A stretch of 64,000 bases of DNA from Candidatus Obscuribacteraceae bacterium (GTDB taxonomy: Bacteria; Cyanobacteriota; Vampirovibrionia; Obscuribacterales; Obscuribacteraceae). Numbering within the stretch: position 1 is the stretch's first letter; each line of letters begins with the position of its first letter. The notes under the pieces are model-generated. The model had not been told where the DNA came from and did no database searches. It saw only the letters and a program-made list of their open reading frames with translations. Made by a program: the position numbers and the translations under genes. The stretch covers positions 160,001 through 224,000 of the forward strand of contig JBGASG010000003.1 of NCBI GenBank assembly GCA_044229845.1. Reading direction: 5' to 3'. Below, in pieces: positions 1-9,334 of the stretch.

Positions 1-509
1 CATTCTCGACAACATCGAGCGAAGCAGCTCTGCCGAAAGCCATGCAGGCAATGGAGAGTATCGGTGTTCCCCGACGCGTGATCAGTTTTGTGCTGCCGCT
101 CGGCTATACATTCAATTTGGACGGCACGACCTTGTACCTCTCGCTGGCAGCCGTCTTTATCGCTCAAGCGGCCGGCATTCAACTGCCGTTGCAAACACAA
201 TTGCTGATGCTGGTCACCCTGTTATTGACCAGCAAAGGCGTGGCGGCTGTACCGCGCGCCTCCCTGGTGATATTGGCAGGCACACTGAGCACGTTCAACT
301 TGCCGCTCTCCGGCATCGCTCTCATTCTCGGCGTAGACACTGTCATGGATATGGCCCGTACGTCAGTCAACGTGTTGGGCAATTGCCTGGCATCGGTGGT
401 AATGGCACGCTGGGAAGGCGTGTTCAAAGAAGAGCAAACCAAACCGGAGACGGTGGTCGATGAAACTCGCTTTGAAAATCTGGATGAAACGGCACCGGCC
501 GGAATCTGA
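1..509 (+). CDS. Dicarboxylate/amino acid:cation symporter (DAACS/GltP-DctA family), 5'-truncated by window edge
   Basis: Frame is open from the window start (FSTTSSEAALP...); family motifs PLGYTFNLDGT, SKGVAAVPRAS and DMARTSVNVLGN. Confidence 0.93.
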   Translation, partial: FSTTSSEAALPKAMQAMESIGVPRRVISFVLPLGYTFNLDGTTLYLSLAAVFIAQAAGIQLPLQTQLLMLVTLLLTSKGVAAVPRASLVILAGTLSTFNLPLSGIALILGVDTVMDMARTSVNVLGNCLASVVMARWEGVFKEEQTKPETVVDETRFENLDETAPAGI

Positions 510-535
510 GTCACCGGCGATTTGCAACTAGGTTA

Positions 536-817
536 CTACTTGTCCTTGTCGGTCATGGTGGCATCCATGGCGGTGGTATCACCGCCGGTTCCAGCCCCTT
601 CTTTGGCGCCTTTGCTGCCGACGATCAAGATGGCGAAGACTACCGATGCCACAACCGCGGCCACCGCGTACCCCAGCGTCAGCGGTGAATGGTTCTGCAT
701 AAACTGGTAACCGAAAACACCGGCGGCAGCCAGACCCGGCAGCATGCACAGCCACCAGGCGAAGTTGTTGTCCATGTCCTCTTCATCGGTGACGGGCGGG
801 TCTTTGAAGTCGACCAT
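536..817 (-). CDS. Small hypothetical membrane protein (2 TM)
   Basis: 93-aa ORF with two hydrophobic segments; GAGGA SD-like sequence upstream. Confidence 0.65.
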   Translation of the reverse strand: MVDFKDPPVTDEEDMDNNFAWWLCMLPGLAAAGVFGYQFMQNHSPLTLGYAVAAVVASVVFAILIVGSKGAKEGAGTGGDTTAMDATMTDKDK

Positions 818-915
818 GTCTATCTAGTTTCCTCAAAATGACAACTGGTAATTTGAAGAGCTTACTCGATTGGAACCAACGTAGCAACTCCTGTCATGTG
901 ACACCTTATCTGGTG

Positions 916-1608
916 CTACTCGCCGCTCCACATCAGATTCCATTGGGCAGCCCTTTCATACTCTTGTATGGGATAGGGCACTTTCTTCTCCAACTCGAGC
1001 GTTGGAATGCCGCGGTTCTTTGCCGGATCTGACCAGCGAAACTCTTTTGGAGAAACACTGAAAGGCGTCATGTTCACGCCGTCGCCGTCTTGAAACATGA
1101 TGATGAACCGCTCCCAACCGCAAAACGCGTTGATCGCCTGTTCTGAACCGAGTAGAGCCAGACGGAAGTTAACACCACCATCCACCCACTGTGATCTCAG
1201 ACGCGCTTCCACGCCTGCTGTTTCCAGGTTGATCGGCGCCCAGGTTGTCCATTTGGCGACCGCCTGCAATCTGTGCGGTGGAAACTCAGCCTCATAGGCC
1301 GCCTTCTGTGCCTCAGCTTCTGCCTTCTCAGCCGCCGTCTGCTCCGCCCACTGCATCGCCTGCTGGCGCTTTTGCTGGGCCCAATCCCGAGATTGCTGTC
1401 GTTGCTGCAGAAGCTCGTTTGCTTTTGCCAGATCTTGTGCCTGTCGGGCCTTCAGTTCAGCCGTCTGACGTTCTTGATCGGACTTGTATGCATAAAAGGC
1501 GAGACTGGCCAGGATCAGTACAGCCAATACGACAACAACGACGATGATAACTAGCTTTCCGTCGGCGCCGCGCGGCTTCCTAAGCGACTTTTGCATGCCT
1601 GTATTCAC
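916..1608 (-). CDS. Hypothetical membrane-anchored protein with Gln/Ala/Glu-rich coiled coil and C-terminal globular domain
   Basis: N-terminal TM (LVIIVVVVVLAVLILASLAF), coiled-coil stretch, AAGGA SD before the GTG. Confidence 0.75.
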   Translation of the reverse strand: MNTGMQKSLRKPRGADGKLVIIVVVVVLAVLILASLAFYAYKSDQERQTAELKARQAQDLAKANELLQQRQQSRDWAQQKRQQAMQWAEQTAAEKAEAEAQKAAYEAEFPPHRLQAVAKWTTWAPINLETAGVEARLRSQWVDGGVNFRLALLGSEQAINAFCGWERFIIMFQDGDGVNMTPFSVSPKEFRWSDPAKNRGIPTLELEKKVPYPIQEYERAAQWNLMWSGE

Positions 1609-1772
1609 ATCCTTTTCCAGTCGGCGGATCTTCTGAAAACCGTCACCCGTGTTACCTTTGCATTTTAAAATCTTTGCGAAGCAACCGCTTGTAAAGAGAA
1701 CGCGGTATCATATCCGTTTGGTGATCGTACAAGTCATGATAGTTATTATCTAACCACTGAAGAGATATTTGC

Positions 1773-2465
1773 GTGTCGGATGTAGCTCTAACTCTTTGCC
1801 TGATCAACTTTGGCTATATAGCCCTCTTGCCCCGCAAGTTTTTCAAACGGGGCAGCAAGCTGACATGGCAGTGGTGGGCGACTGCCTGGCCGCTGTTTGC
1901 CATGCCGGCCCTGTTGGCTTTGCATTACGCCGGCTGGATGCCCACACTGCTCGATGATCGCGAATTGCGGCCTTATCTGCCGGTGCTCGCTGTCTTGTCA
2001 GTTGTTCTCAGCACACTCTCGCTGGTGATTGTCGGATTCACAATCGGTACGCATCGCGTGCCTATTTACATGTTTCATGACAAGGAAGATTCGGGCCAGA
2101 CCAAGCACCTGGTTACCTGGGGACCTTATCAGTGGATCCGCCACCCGCTCTATGCTTCATACGTCTACGCCTTGATTGCCGGCACGATGTACGCCCCGTC
2201 GATCGCCACTTTCATCTGCCTGATTTACGGTTATGCCGCTCTCGATTACACGGCGTCCAGGGAAGAAAAACGGTTATCCGGACATGATGAATTCGGCGAT
2301 GAGTATCGCGATTACATCAAAGTCACCGGACGTTTCTGGCCGCCACTGGCGCCCATCTTCCGCTACACAGGTTTCCTCTCCAAAGCCCACAAAGAAAAAG
2401 TCGAGGCCGCCGCAACAGCCAACGTTGCTAACACGCAGCCGACTGCTTCTGCCAATCCTCAATAA
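1773..2465 (+). CDS. Isoprenylcysteine carboxyl methyltransferase (ICMT/Ste14/PEMT) family membrane protein
   Basis: LVTWGPYQWIRHPLY, EEKRL and FGDEYRDY...TGRFWP motifs. Confidence 0.88.
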   Translation: MSDVALTLCLINFGYIALLPRKFFKRGSKLTWQWWATAWPLFAMPALLALHYAGWMPTLLDDRELRPYLPVLAVLSVVLSTLSLVIVGFTIGTHRVPIYMFHDKEDSGQTKHLVTWGPYQWIRHPLYASYVYALIAGTMYAPSIATFICLIYGYAALDYTASREEKRLSGHDEFGDEYRDYIKVTGRFWPPLAPIFRYTGFLSKAHKEKVEAAATANVANTQPTASANPQ

Positions 2466-2472
2466 GGCAGTT

Positions 2473-3594
2473 GTGAGAAATCCGATTTCAATCCTGACCG
2501 GACTCGCCCTCTGTTTCAGTCTCACTGGCGGAAGCAGTCTCACTGGCGGAAGCAGTCTCGCCGCAGAATCGACCGCGCCGGTCAAGGGCATATCCAGCCA
2601 GGCAGACAAAGCGAAAAGCAAATCGAGCGCCAGGGCACTTTCGGACGCAGAATTACGCAAGCGTTATCGTCAGACCAGAGGCACACCGCCTTGCCTGACC
2701 TGGGCAGTTCCCGATGGTGCACCACGCGCGGTGCTTCTTTGTGTGCACGGCTGCGGACTGCACGCCGGATCGTATAAAGATCTCGGTGAACAACTGGCGG
2801 CTCGCGGCATCGTCACTTACGCCGTTGATGTGCGTGGTTTCGGTTCGTTCCAACAAGCAGAAGGCCGTGACGTCATTGATTTGAAAGGCTGCTGCTGGGA
2901 TGTGGAAGAAACTCTCAAAGTATTGCGGAAAGCACATCCTGGGATACCCGTTTATTTGCTCGGCGAATCTATGGGCGGGGCGATCACTTTGCATGTGACG
3001 TCGGAGCATCCAGAGTTGGTGGATGGTCTCATCTCTTCAGTGCCGGCCGGGCATCGTTTCAAACAAACAGGCACAGATCTGAAAGTCGCCTGGCACGCGC
3101 TTAAAGGCGGATTGCACAAGAATTTCAACATCGGCGAAACGATTATCAACCAGGCCACATCCAAGCCCGAGTTGCGCAAGGAGTGGGCTGAAGACCCGAT
3201 GGCGCGCATGAACCTTTCACCGGCGGAATTGCTGGAGTTCAAACATTTTTGCGATCACAACGAGCAGTGCGCACTGAAAGTAACGAAAACACCTGTGCTC
3301 TTCGTTCAAGGCTGCGGCGACCGCCTGATTCATCCTGAGTCCACCTACAGGATTTTCCACAAACTGCCGGTCGAGGACAAATGGTTGCTTCAAGTCGGCA
3401 ACGCCGAGCATTTGATTTTCGAGGAACACCAGTTTAACGATGCCGTCCTCGATGTATTGGTCAAATGGATCGATCAGCCCGGCGAAAAACGCAGTGCCCT
3501 CGATCCCAAGTCCAGCGGGTGCAAAGTCAGCAACAACCAGATAAACTATCCGGACGGCAGCAGCTCCGGGGTGCTGAACGGCTCCCAGAACTGA
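2473..3594 (+). CDS. Secreted alpha/beta hydrolase (lysophospholipase/monoglyceride lipase-like)
   Basis: VHGCG, DVRGFG, nucleophile GESMGG, QGCGD and H(LIFEE); start reassigned to GTG 2473, which is followed by a signal-peptide-like segment. Confidence 0.88.
   Translation: MRNPISILTGLALCFSLTGGSSLTGGSSLAAESTAPVKGISSQADKAKSKSSARALSDAELRKRYRQTRGTPPCLTWAVPDGAPRAVLLCVHGCGLHAGSYKDLGEQLAARGIVTYAVDVRGFGSFQQAEGRDVIDLKGCCWDVEETLKVLRKAHPGIPVYLLGESMGGAITLHVTSEHPELVDGLISSVPAGHRFKQTGTDLKVAWHALKGGLHKNFNIGETIINQATSKPELRKEWAEDPMARMNLSPAELLEFKHFCDHNEQCALKVTKTPVLFVQGCGDRLIHPESTYRIFHKLPVEDKWLLQVGNAEHLIFEEHQFNDAVLDVLVKWIDQPGEKRSALDPKSSGCKVSNNQINYPDGSSSGVLNGSQN
2517..2559 (+). repeat. 18-bp in-frame tandem duplication (SLTGGS x2)
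   Basis: CAGTCTCACTGGCGGAAG x2 followed by CAGTCTC. Confidence 0.9.
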
Positions 3595-3621
3595 TTGCCC
3601 CAGACAGACAGGGAGGACCCA

Positions 3622-4365
3622 ATGTTTTCCGGGAGTTCGCCCTCTTCATTTGTCGACCGCCGGGACGCGGGACGCCGCTTGGGCAGAGAACTGCTCAAGT
3701 ATCGCCAGCGACGTGATGTCATCGTCTTGGGCTTACCGCGCGGAGGCGTGCCGGTGGCTTTTGAAGTGGCGAAGTACTTGCAGGCTCCGATGGATGTTTT
3801 CATCGTCCGCAAGCTGGGCGTGCCCGGGCATGAAGAGTTGGCTATGGGTGCCATTGCCAGCGGTGGCACCATCGTACGCAACGAAGATGTGATAAAGCAT
3901 GTGGGAGTCTCGTCGGACACCTTCGATCTGGTTGTCGATCGCGAGCTGGCTGAACTGGCTCGCAGAGAATACGCTTATCGCGGCAAGCGACCACCGATCA
4001 ATCTCTTCGACAAAGTAGTCGTTCTAGTAGATGATGGTATCGCAACCGGTGCCTCGATGCGGGCTGCCGTGGAAGCAGTACGCATCAGCCGACCAAAACT
4101 GATCGTAGTCGCCGTACCGGTGGCGGCCGCCGGCACATTGTTCGACTTCAACAATCGCGTCGCGCCTACAATCGCCGTTCAAGCGCCCTCCGACTTCTTC
4201 AACGTCGGTGCCTGGTACGAGGACTTCTCTCAAACCAGTGATGAGGAAGTAGAACAGCTCCTATCCGCCGGCAGGGATGCAGCACAATCAGCAACATCAG
4301 CAAACGACGCCGGCTTTGATGAGCCGGATCGTCCGAGTCAACCGGGCTTGCCGGAGCTGCGTTAG
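3622..4365 (+). CDS. Type I phosphoribosyltransferase family protein
   Basis: FVDRRDAGRRL, GLPRGGVPVA, RKLGVPGHEELAMGA and PRPP loop VLVDDGIATG; GGAGG SD before ATG 3622. Confidence 0.9.
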   Translation: MFSGSSPSSFVDRRDAGRRLGRELLKYRQRRDVIVLGLPRGGVPVAFEVAKYLQAPMDVFIVRKLGVPGHEELAMGAIASGGTIVRNEDVIKHVGVSSDTFDLVVDRELAELARREYAYRGKRPPINLFDKVVVLVDDGIATGASMRAAVEAVRISRPKLIVVAVPVAAAGTLFDFNNRVAPTIAVQAPSDFFNVGAWYEDFSQTSDEEVEQLLSAGRDAAQSATSANDAGFDEPDRPSQPGLPELR

Positions 4366-4395
4366 AATACAGACTGCGTCGAGAAACGAGGAAAC

Positions 4396-5340
4396 ATGCA
4401 GGGTTCGCAAGGTTCGCAAGGTTCGGCGTTGAGCGGGTGCTTCGACTCGCTGAAACAGCTGGGTCATCATAACATCGCAGACTTACCGTCACGCGTGGAG
4501 CCCAAGACCGTGCTCATGTGCGGCCCCGACTACTTCGAAGTCAAAGACGTGAAGAACCCGCATATGGCTGAGCACGTCGGTACGACGGACAGACAAGCGG
4601 CGATTTTAGAGTGGGAAAAGCTGCGGCATACTTTCGAAGGGCTGGGTTATCCGGTCAACGTCGTTCCGGCCCAACCGGGACTGGAAGACATGGTGTATGC
4701 AGCCAATCAGGTGTTTGTCGGAACGGACGCCGACGGCACCCGACTGTGCATTCCGGCGAACATGAAACACAGTGCCAGGCAGAAGGAAGTGCCTTTTTAC
4801 GTTGACTGGTTCAGGGCGCACGGCTACAAAGTCCAGGACCTGACCGATGATTCCGGGTCCAAAGCTCCACGCTTCGAAGGACACGGAGATGCTTTGTGGC
4901 ATCCGTCCCGGCGCCTGATCTGGGGAGCCTACGGGTTCCGCACTGAAGCTCCGGCGTACGACCATCTAGCCAGATTGATAGATGCGCCGATTTTGCGGCT
5001 GCGCCTGGTTGATGACGTGTTCTACCACCTGGACACGTGCCTGGCTCCACTCGATGAGGAGACGGCCATGTACTACCCATCCGCTTTCGATGCCGATGGG
5101 CGAGAGTTACTGGCAGCAGTTTTCAAAAACCTTCTCGCTGTCAATGCCAAGGAGGCTGCCAATTTCGCCTGTAACGCAGCTGTCTTAGGCCGAAACGTAG
5201 TCATGCAGAAGGGTTCGCCGGAAATCCGCAAACGCTTGCAGGTCTTGGACTTCGAAGTTTGCGAGGTCGACACTTCCGAGTTCATCAAGGGCGGGGGAAG
5301 CGTCTTTTGCCTCAAAACGATGGTCTATTCAACAGGTTAA
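4396..5340 (+). CDS. Amidinotransferase / dimethylarginine dimethylaminohydrolase (pentein) family protein
   Basis: NPHM, DMVYAAN, FEGHGD, YHLDT and GGGSVFC (catalytic Cys) motifs. Confidence 0.9.
   Translation: MQGSQGSQGSALSGCFDSLKQLGHHNIADLPSRVEPKTVLMCGPDYFEVKDVKNPHMAEHVGTTDRQAAILEWEKLRHTFEGLGYPVNVVPAQPGLEDMVYAANQVFVGTDADGTRLCIPANMKHSARQKEVPFYVDWFRAHGYKVQDLTDDSGSKAPRFEGHGDALWHPSRRLIWGAYGFRTEAPAYDHLARLIDAPILRLRLVDDVFYHLDTCLAPLDEETAMYYPSAFDADGRELLAAVFKNLLAVNAKEAANFACNAAVLGRNVVMQKGSPEIRKRLQVLDFEVCEVDTSEFIKGGGSVFCLKTMVYSTG
4398..4424 (+). repeat. 9-bp tandem repeat x3 (QGS x3) at the N-terminus
   Basis: GCAGGGTTC GCAAGGTTC GCAAGGTTC. Confidence 0.85.
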
Positions 5341-5451
5341 CAAGGTGGGAATTCCACCCCCCCACGCGTAGAAATCCCAATATACGTAGCAACATTAGAG
5401 GATTATCATTGCCGCATTAAACGAACTCCGGTTCAGCAAAGGTGCAGGACG

Positions 5452-5577
5452 ATGGAATCTCTAAACAAAAAATCCAACCCCGAAGTCAAAAAAGACGACG
5501 ACAAGGCACCGGAAACTCACAACTGCAAAAACGGCGTTTGCACAGTGCAGTGGAAGCCAGTGAGACCAGCAGCCTAG
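5452..5577 (+). CDS. Putative 41-aa small protein MESLNKKSNPEVKKDDDKAPETHNCKNGVCTVQWKPVRPAA (absent from the ORF track)
   Basis: ATG..TAG ORF in an otherwise empty intergenic region; purine-rich AAAGGTGCAGGA upstream; C-x4-C-x3-WKP motif. Confidence 0.55.
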   Translation: MESLNKKSNPEVKKDDDKAPETHNCKNGVCTVQWKPVRPAA

Positions 5578-5621
5578 TCCAAACCTGTCCAGTCCAGACC
5601 TGTCCGGTCCAAACCCACCCA
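5577..5621. repeat. 15-bp degenerate tandem repeat x3
   Basis: GTCCAAACCTGTCCA GTCCAGACCTGTCCG GTCCAAACCCACCCA. Confidence 0.8.
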
Positions 5622-5681
5622 CCGACCAAAAGCGCGAAAACCCACCAAAAGTTCGCGCATTAGTAAGACAGCCTGCCAGGG

Positions 5682-8600
5682 CTAAATGACACCTGCGCCA
5701 ATTCGGGGCACTGCGTCCAGCGAACCTCCGGCTCCTTCCTGAACTATTCGGCAGTAGAGATTTACCAGTTCCATCTGCTCAACCGACGAACATCGCGCCA
5801 GAGTCAGCTGCGGTGAGCCGACCACGATGGCCAGCGTCTGCGCTCTCGATACAGCCACGTTCAGACGGTTTCTGTTCAGCAAAAACTCCAGTCCGCGGGG
5901 AGAGCTGTCACCATCGCTGGTGCACATAGAAATGATCACGATGGGGCGTTCCTGCCCTTGAAACTTATCCACCGATCCGACATTGGCCTCGGGCAGAAGC
6001 TGTTTGATTTTGCGCACCTGCATATTGTAGGGCGCCACGATCAAAATATCGTCCAGGCGCAGCGTCTGTGCTTCACTAAAGTGCTCATCCAGTCTGCGAC
6101 ACGTCAGCAACTCATCGACGACCTGCTTGATGCATTCAGCTTCTTCCAGACTGCCCTGAGTGTTTCCTTCATGCTCGACCGGAATATACAGAATGCCCGA
6201 CTGTTTTGAGATAAACCGACGACTTCGTTCCGGCAGAACGAGAACGCGTTTCTCTGTCTTTTCATCAGCCGCCAGGCGCCCCTCATACACCGCGTCCGAG
6301 ATAAACTGGCAAAGCCGCGGGTGCATGCGATGTGTGGTGCCCAGAAAAATACCCAGATCAGAGGGAATCGTGGCGTGGTCCTGCAGGAAATACTCCAGCG
6401 TAGACTTGCCGCTGTCGCCTGGATGCGTGCCTTGAGTCGGTTGTCCAAGCTGCATCTGGTCTCCCATCAAAACAATGTTGCGGGCGCACGGAGCCATGCC
6501 GACCAGATTAGCCAGAGCCACCTGCCCGGCTTCATCGACAAAGAGGTAATCCAACTTACCGCGCGCGCAGTCCAGCACAAATGCCCAGGCGCTGCCACCG
6601 ACCAACTGGTAATCGAGCTCAGCCCGATCGAAAACATCGCGTCCCGAAGGCGCGCTGGTGATGCTGCGGAAACGATCCAGCAATCCGTCCCCGTCCTTCT
6701 TGATCTTCACTCCGCAAAAGTGAACGCCAAGGCCTTCCGCCACCTCAGCGACTTTGCTCATCAGGTGAGAAACCGCTTTGTGACCGTTTGAAGAGATGCC
6801 GACCTTTTTGCCGGTGCGTATCAATTCAACAATCGCTCGTGCAGCTTGATAGGTCTTCCCGGCGCCGGGCGGGCCTTGTATGCATAGGGACGTGTTGTCC
6901 ATGCGGCTGATCACGTCCGCGACATCGACCGCGGCACCACCATGTTCGACGGCTGACAGACCGTTTCCGTGCAGGCGGGGAGGCTGGCGGTCGATGAAGT
7001 CGGCAATCGCCTGCGGCAGGGTATCCGTCTCCAGCCACTTGAGCACGGTGCGATAAATAGAGTCGGCAATCGGAGTGGCCGGCACATATTGATTGGGGAT
7101 GATATTGAGTTGGGGCGGCGCTTCCAGCCGGTTTCCGATGCGCAGCCAGACAAGCCCGCGGTCGCAATCTATATGCGCGATTTCGCACGTGGCTCGCAAA
7201 TCATGCGAGAAGAAACAGGGATCGCCTGTCTTCAGTTTGGTGTCCTGATCAGGATCAAATTTGTATTCGTAGATGCAACTGCGCCCACGATGCGGTCGAG
7301 CCGGAGATGTTTCGGTGCGCTCCAGCCCGGAAAGGCAATCGATGTCGTCAAAGAGTTCTTCCTCGCTCATCTCGTGCCTGGCATACATCGCCCAGAATAC
7401 CGGGCGCGCTTCGCGCCAGTGAAATTCCAGAAGCCAGGCAAAGAGCTCGAGCAGACGTTTCCTCTCCTCATTTCTTTCAGTCGTCGCCATCGCCAACAAC
7501 TCCTCCGCGAGCTTGGCGGCTCGCGCTCTGGACTGACTGGAGGCTGAAGGTCCGCTTTCGGAGCTTTCATCCTCCTCGGGAGGAGCGGGCGGAGTCGGAG
7601 GAATGTAGCTTACTCCTTCTCCTCTTTGAACGGTCCGCAGCCATTCAGCCAACTCCCAGGTCGAAATGCAGTCTTCCTCGTTGTAGGCGCGAATGCCGCC
7701 CAGAATGGCCGATGTTTCCCAGGTGTCACCATCTCTGGTATCAAGCCAGTTTTGATACTGAACCACCGATTCTGACGCGGTGGCTACCGCGCCACTGCGG
7801 GCATCTTTGTAGAGGTGCTCGACGTACTTGATCGAGTAGCTGGGCTCGCCGATGCGTACGGAGTTTTTGACCAGCTTATAGAGGTCGACAAAAACTTGAC
7901 CGCGCAGCAAGGCATCGATCTGAACTTCCCGGCTGCCGTACTTGCCCATCAACTTGCGCAGACGAGTGACCTCGTAGTGCCCATAGTGATAGATGTGCAT
8001 GTCTGGATCGCGCTGCCAGCGATCAAAGACCCAGTCCACAAAGTCTTCAAAAGCAATCTTTTCCTGCGGGTTTGTATGAGCCCACCAGTCTTTGAATCCC
8101 AGCTTGCCGCCTTGCTCAAAGGTGACCCCGAACAGGTACTCCAGTCCACCTTCAAAATACGGAAAACCTTCCATATCAAAACAGACATCCAGGGGGGATG
8201 CGGGCGGCAGCAAAGCCAGACCGCTACGCGGTGCATCGGCAACCGGTGGCAAAACCTCGTACTGAGTTTTGCCCGCCTGGAGCGTTCGGGCCTGGATGGC
8301 GGCTTGCGCACGCAGAGCAGCAAATGTGGATGGATTTAAGTCAGGTACATGATGCAATTCAGTGACAGCAAGCTGAGAGAAAGTCTGAATGCCGGCGGCT
8401 TGTAATTTGGCGATCTGACTCTGGCGAATGCCCGCCACCTGCGACAGGTGATCGACCTCATCCAGCCAGGCTTGCGCCAGCGACGCCCAGCGCCCATATA
8501 GCTCCAGACCGTTCGGCTCGGGACGCATCGCGTCGTCATCGGCAAATGAATATTGAAACTGCAGAAAGCGCTCCTTCAATTGCCGATGGAGGTACAAGAA

Positions 8601-9176
8601 ATTGGCGCTGCGAAAGGCAACCCGCTTCTTGCTGCCCAGGACTACCCGCACCATTTCAGGAAACACTCCTTGCACATCGGCCAAAATCTCCGAATAGCAA
8701 AGCAATTGAATGAGAAAGTATGGCTTGGCGTGATTAGCCAGTTTTGTGTCCCAGACCTCGTACTGAAACGCACCGAGCGCCGGCGACGGTTTCTCGACTC
8801 GCACCAAAAAATCCGAGTAGCCGCCGAACTCGCCCAGAAAGAGCGCTCCTTGATATATGACGTCATAACCGGCGTCTATGGCGCGTCTTGTGTCCGCGAT
8901 GCGCTCGGCATCGCTGACGCGCCGGCCTTCAGGCGTCCGGTCTTTGACTTCGTAGACACTGCGCCCTTCCAGCTTCAGAGTCTCAAAAAACTCATGTTCG
9001 TGATCTATCCCCTTGCGCGCTGTCAGTTGGCGGTCGGCAGGGTCAGGATCGGGTTTTACCTGGTCTGGATGCTCGAGATAGTAGCGATCCATCCACGAGT
9101 CAAACGGCGATCCCATGAACTTGATGAGATCGGATGGGGAAAAGATTAGCTGACGCGTCTCTTCGTTCCTGCGCAT
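5682..9176 (-). CDS. TM0106-family RecB-like nuclease + RNase H-like domain + SF1 (UPF1/Dna2-like) helicase
   Basis: SPSDL, YSDFL...VWDTKLA and QLLCY (PD-(D/E)xK nuclease); FDMEG, HIYHY, VDLY, YSIKYVE and YNEEDC (RNase H-like); GPPGAGKT, DEAGQ, GDQMQL, VDKFQGQE and RLNVAVSRA (helicase). Confidence 0.92.
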   Translation of the reverse strand: MRRNEETRQLIFSPSDLIKFMGSPFDSWMDRYYLEHPDQVKPDPDPADRQLTARKGIDHEHEFFETLKLEGRSVYEVKDRTPEGRRVSDAERIADTRRAIDAGYDVIYQGALFLGEFGGYSDFLVRVEKPSPALGAFQYEVWDTKLANHAKPYFLIQLLCYSEILADVQGVFPEMVRVVLGSKKRVAFRSANFLYLHRQLKERFLQFQYSFADDDAMRPEPNGLELYGRWASLAQAWLDEVDHLSQVAGIRQSQIAKLQAAGIQTFSQLAVTELHHVPDLNPSTFAALRAQAAIQARTLQAGKTQYEVLPPVADAPRSGLALLPPASPLDVCFDMEGFPYFEGGLEYLFGVTFEQGGKLGFKDWWAHTNPQEKIAFEDFVDWVFDRWQRDPDMHIYHYGHYEVTRLRKLMGKYGSREVQIDALLRGQVFVDLYKLVKNSVRIGEPSYSIKYVEHLYKDARSGAVATASESVVQYQNWLDTRDGDTWETSAILGGIRAYNEEDCISTWELAEWLRTVQRGEGVSYIPPTPPAPPEEDESSESGPSASSQSRARAAKLAEELLAMATTERNEERKRLLELFAWLLEFHWREARPVFWAMYARHEMSEEELFDDIDCLSGLERTETSPARPHRGRSCIYEYKFDPDQDTKLKTGDPCFFSHDLRATCEIAHIDCDRGLVWLRIGNRLEAPPQLNIIPNQYVPATPIADSIYRTVLKWLETDTLPQAIADFIDRQPPRLHGNGLSAVEHGGAAVDVADVISRMDNTSLCIQGPPGAGKTYQAARAIVELIRTGKKVGISSNGHKAVSHLMSKVAEVAEGLGVHFCGVKIKKDGDGLLDRFRSITSAPSGRDVFDRAELDYQLVGGSAWAFVLDCARGKLDYLFVDEAGQVALANLVGMAPCARNIVLMGDQMQLGQPTQGTHPGDSGKSTLEYFLQDHATIPSDLGIFLGTTHRMHPRLCQFISDAVYEGRLAADEKTEKRVLVLPERSRRFISKQSGILYIPVEHEGNTQGSLEEAECIKQVVDELLTCRRLDEHFSEAQTLRLDDILIVAPYNMQVRKIKQLLPEANVGSVDKFQGQERPIVIISMCTSDGDSSPRGLEFLLNRNRLNVAVSRAQTLAIVVGSPQLTLARCSSVEQMELVNLYCRIVQEGAGGSLDAVPRIGAGVI

Positions 9177-9334
9177 GCAAAGCCTTTCGCGCGATGCCAG
9201 AATTTTAGCATCAGATGATTAAGAACTGCCGCACCCGCCTTATTGTGACTGAAAAGCTGCATGGTTGCACAGTTTGGCCGTTTTCTAATTTGGGTATGTA
9301 GTCCAATAGCGTTGCCGCCAGCGAGTGTACTGCC

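Noticed and set aside
916..1608. Type IV prepilin
   Set aside because: It has a basic leader and hydrophobic helix, but no G^F...E5 signature.
2233..2472. Long N-terminal extensions in the ORF track (also at 14472, 30176, 31740, 34538, 39706, 39733, 48237 and 58951)
   Set aside because: They overlap neighbouring genes or promoters; downstream starts have better SD or signal-peptide context.
5682..9176. Cas4 of a CRISPR system
   Set aside because: The RecB-like domain is part of a TM0106 nuclease-helicase fusion; no cas1/cas2 or array is present.
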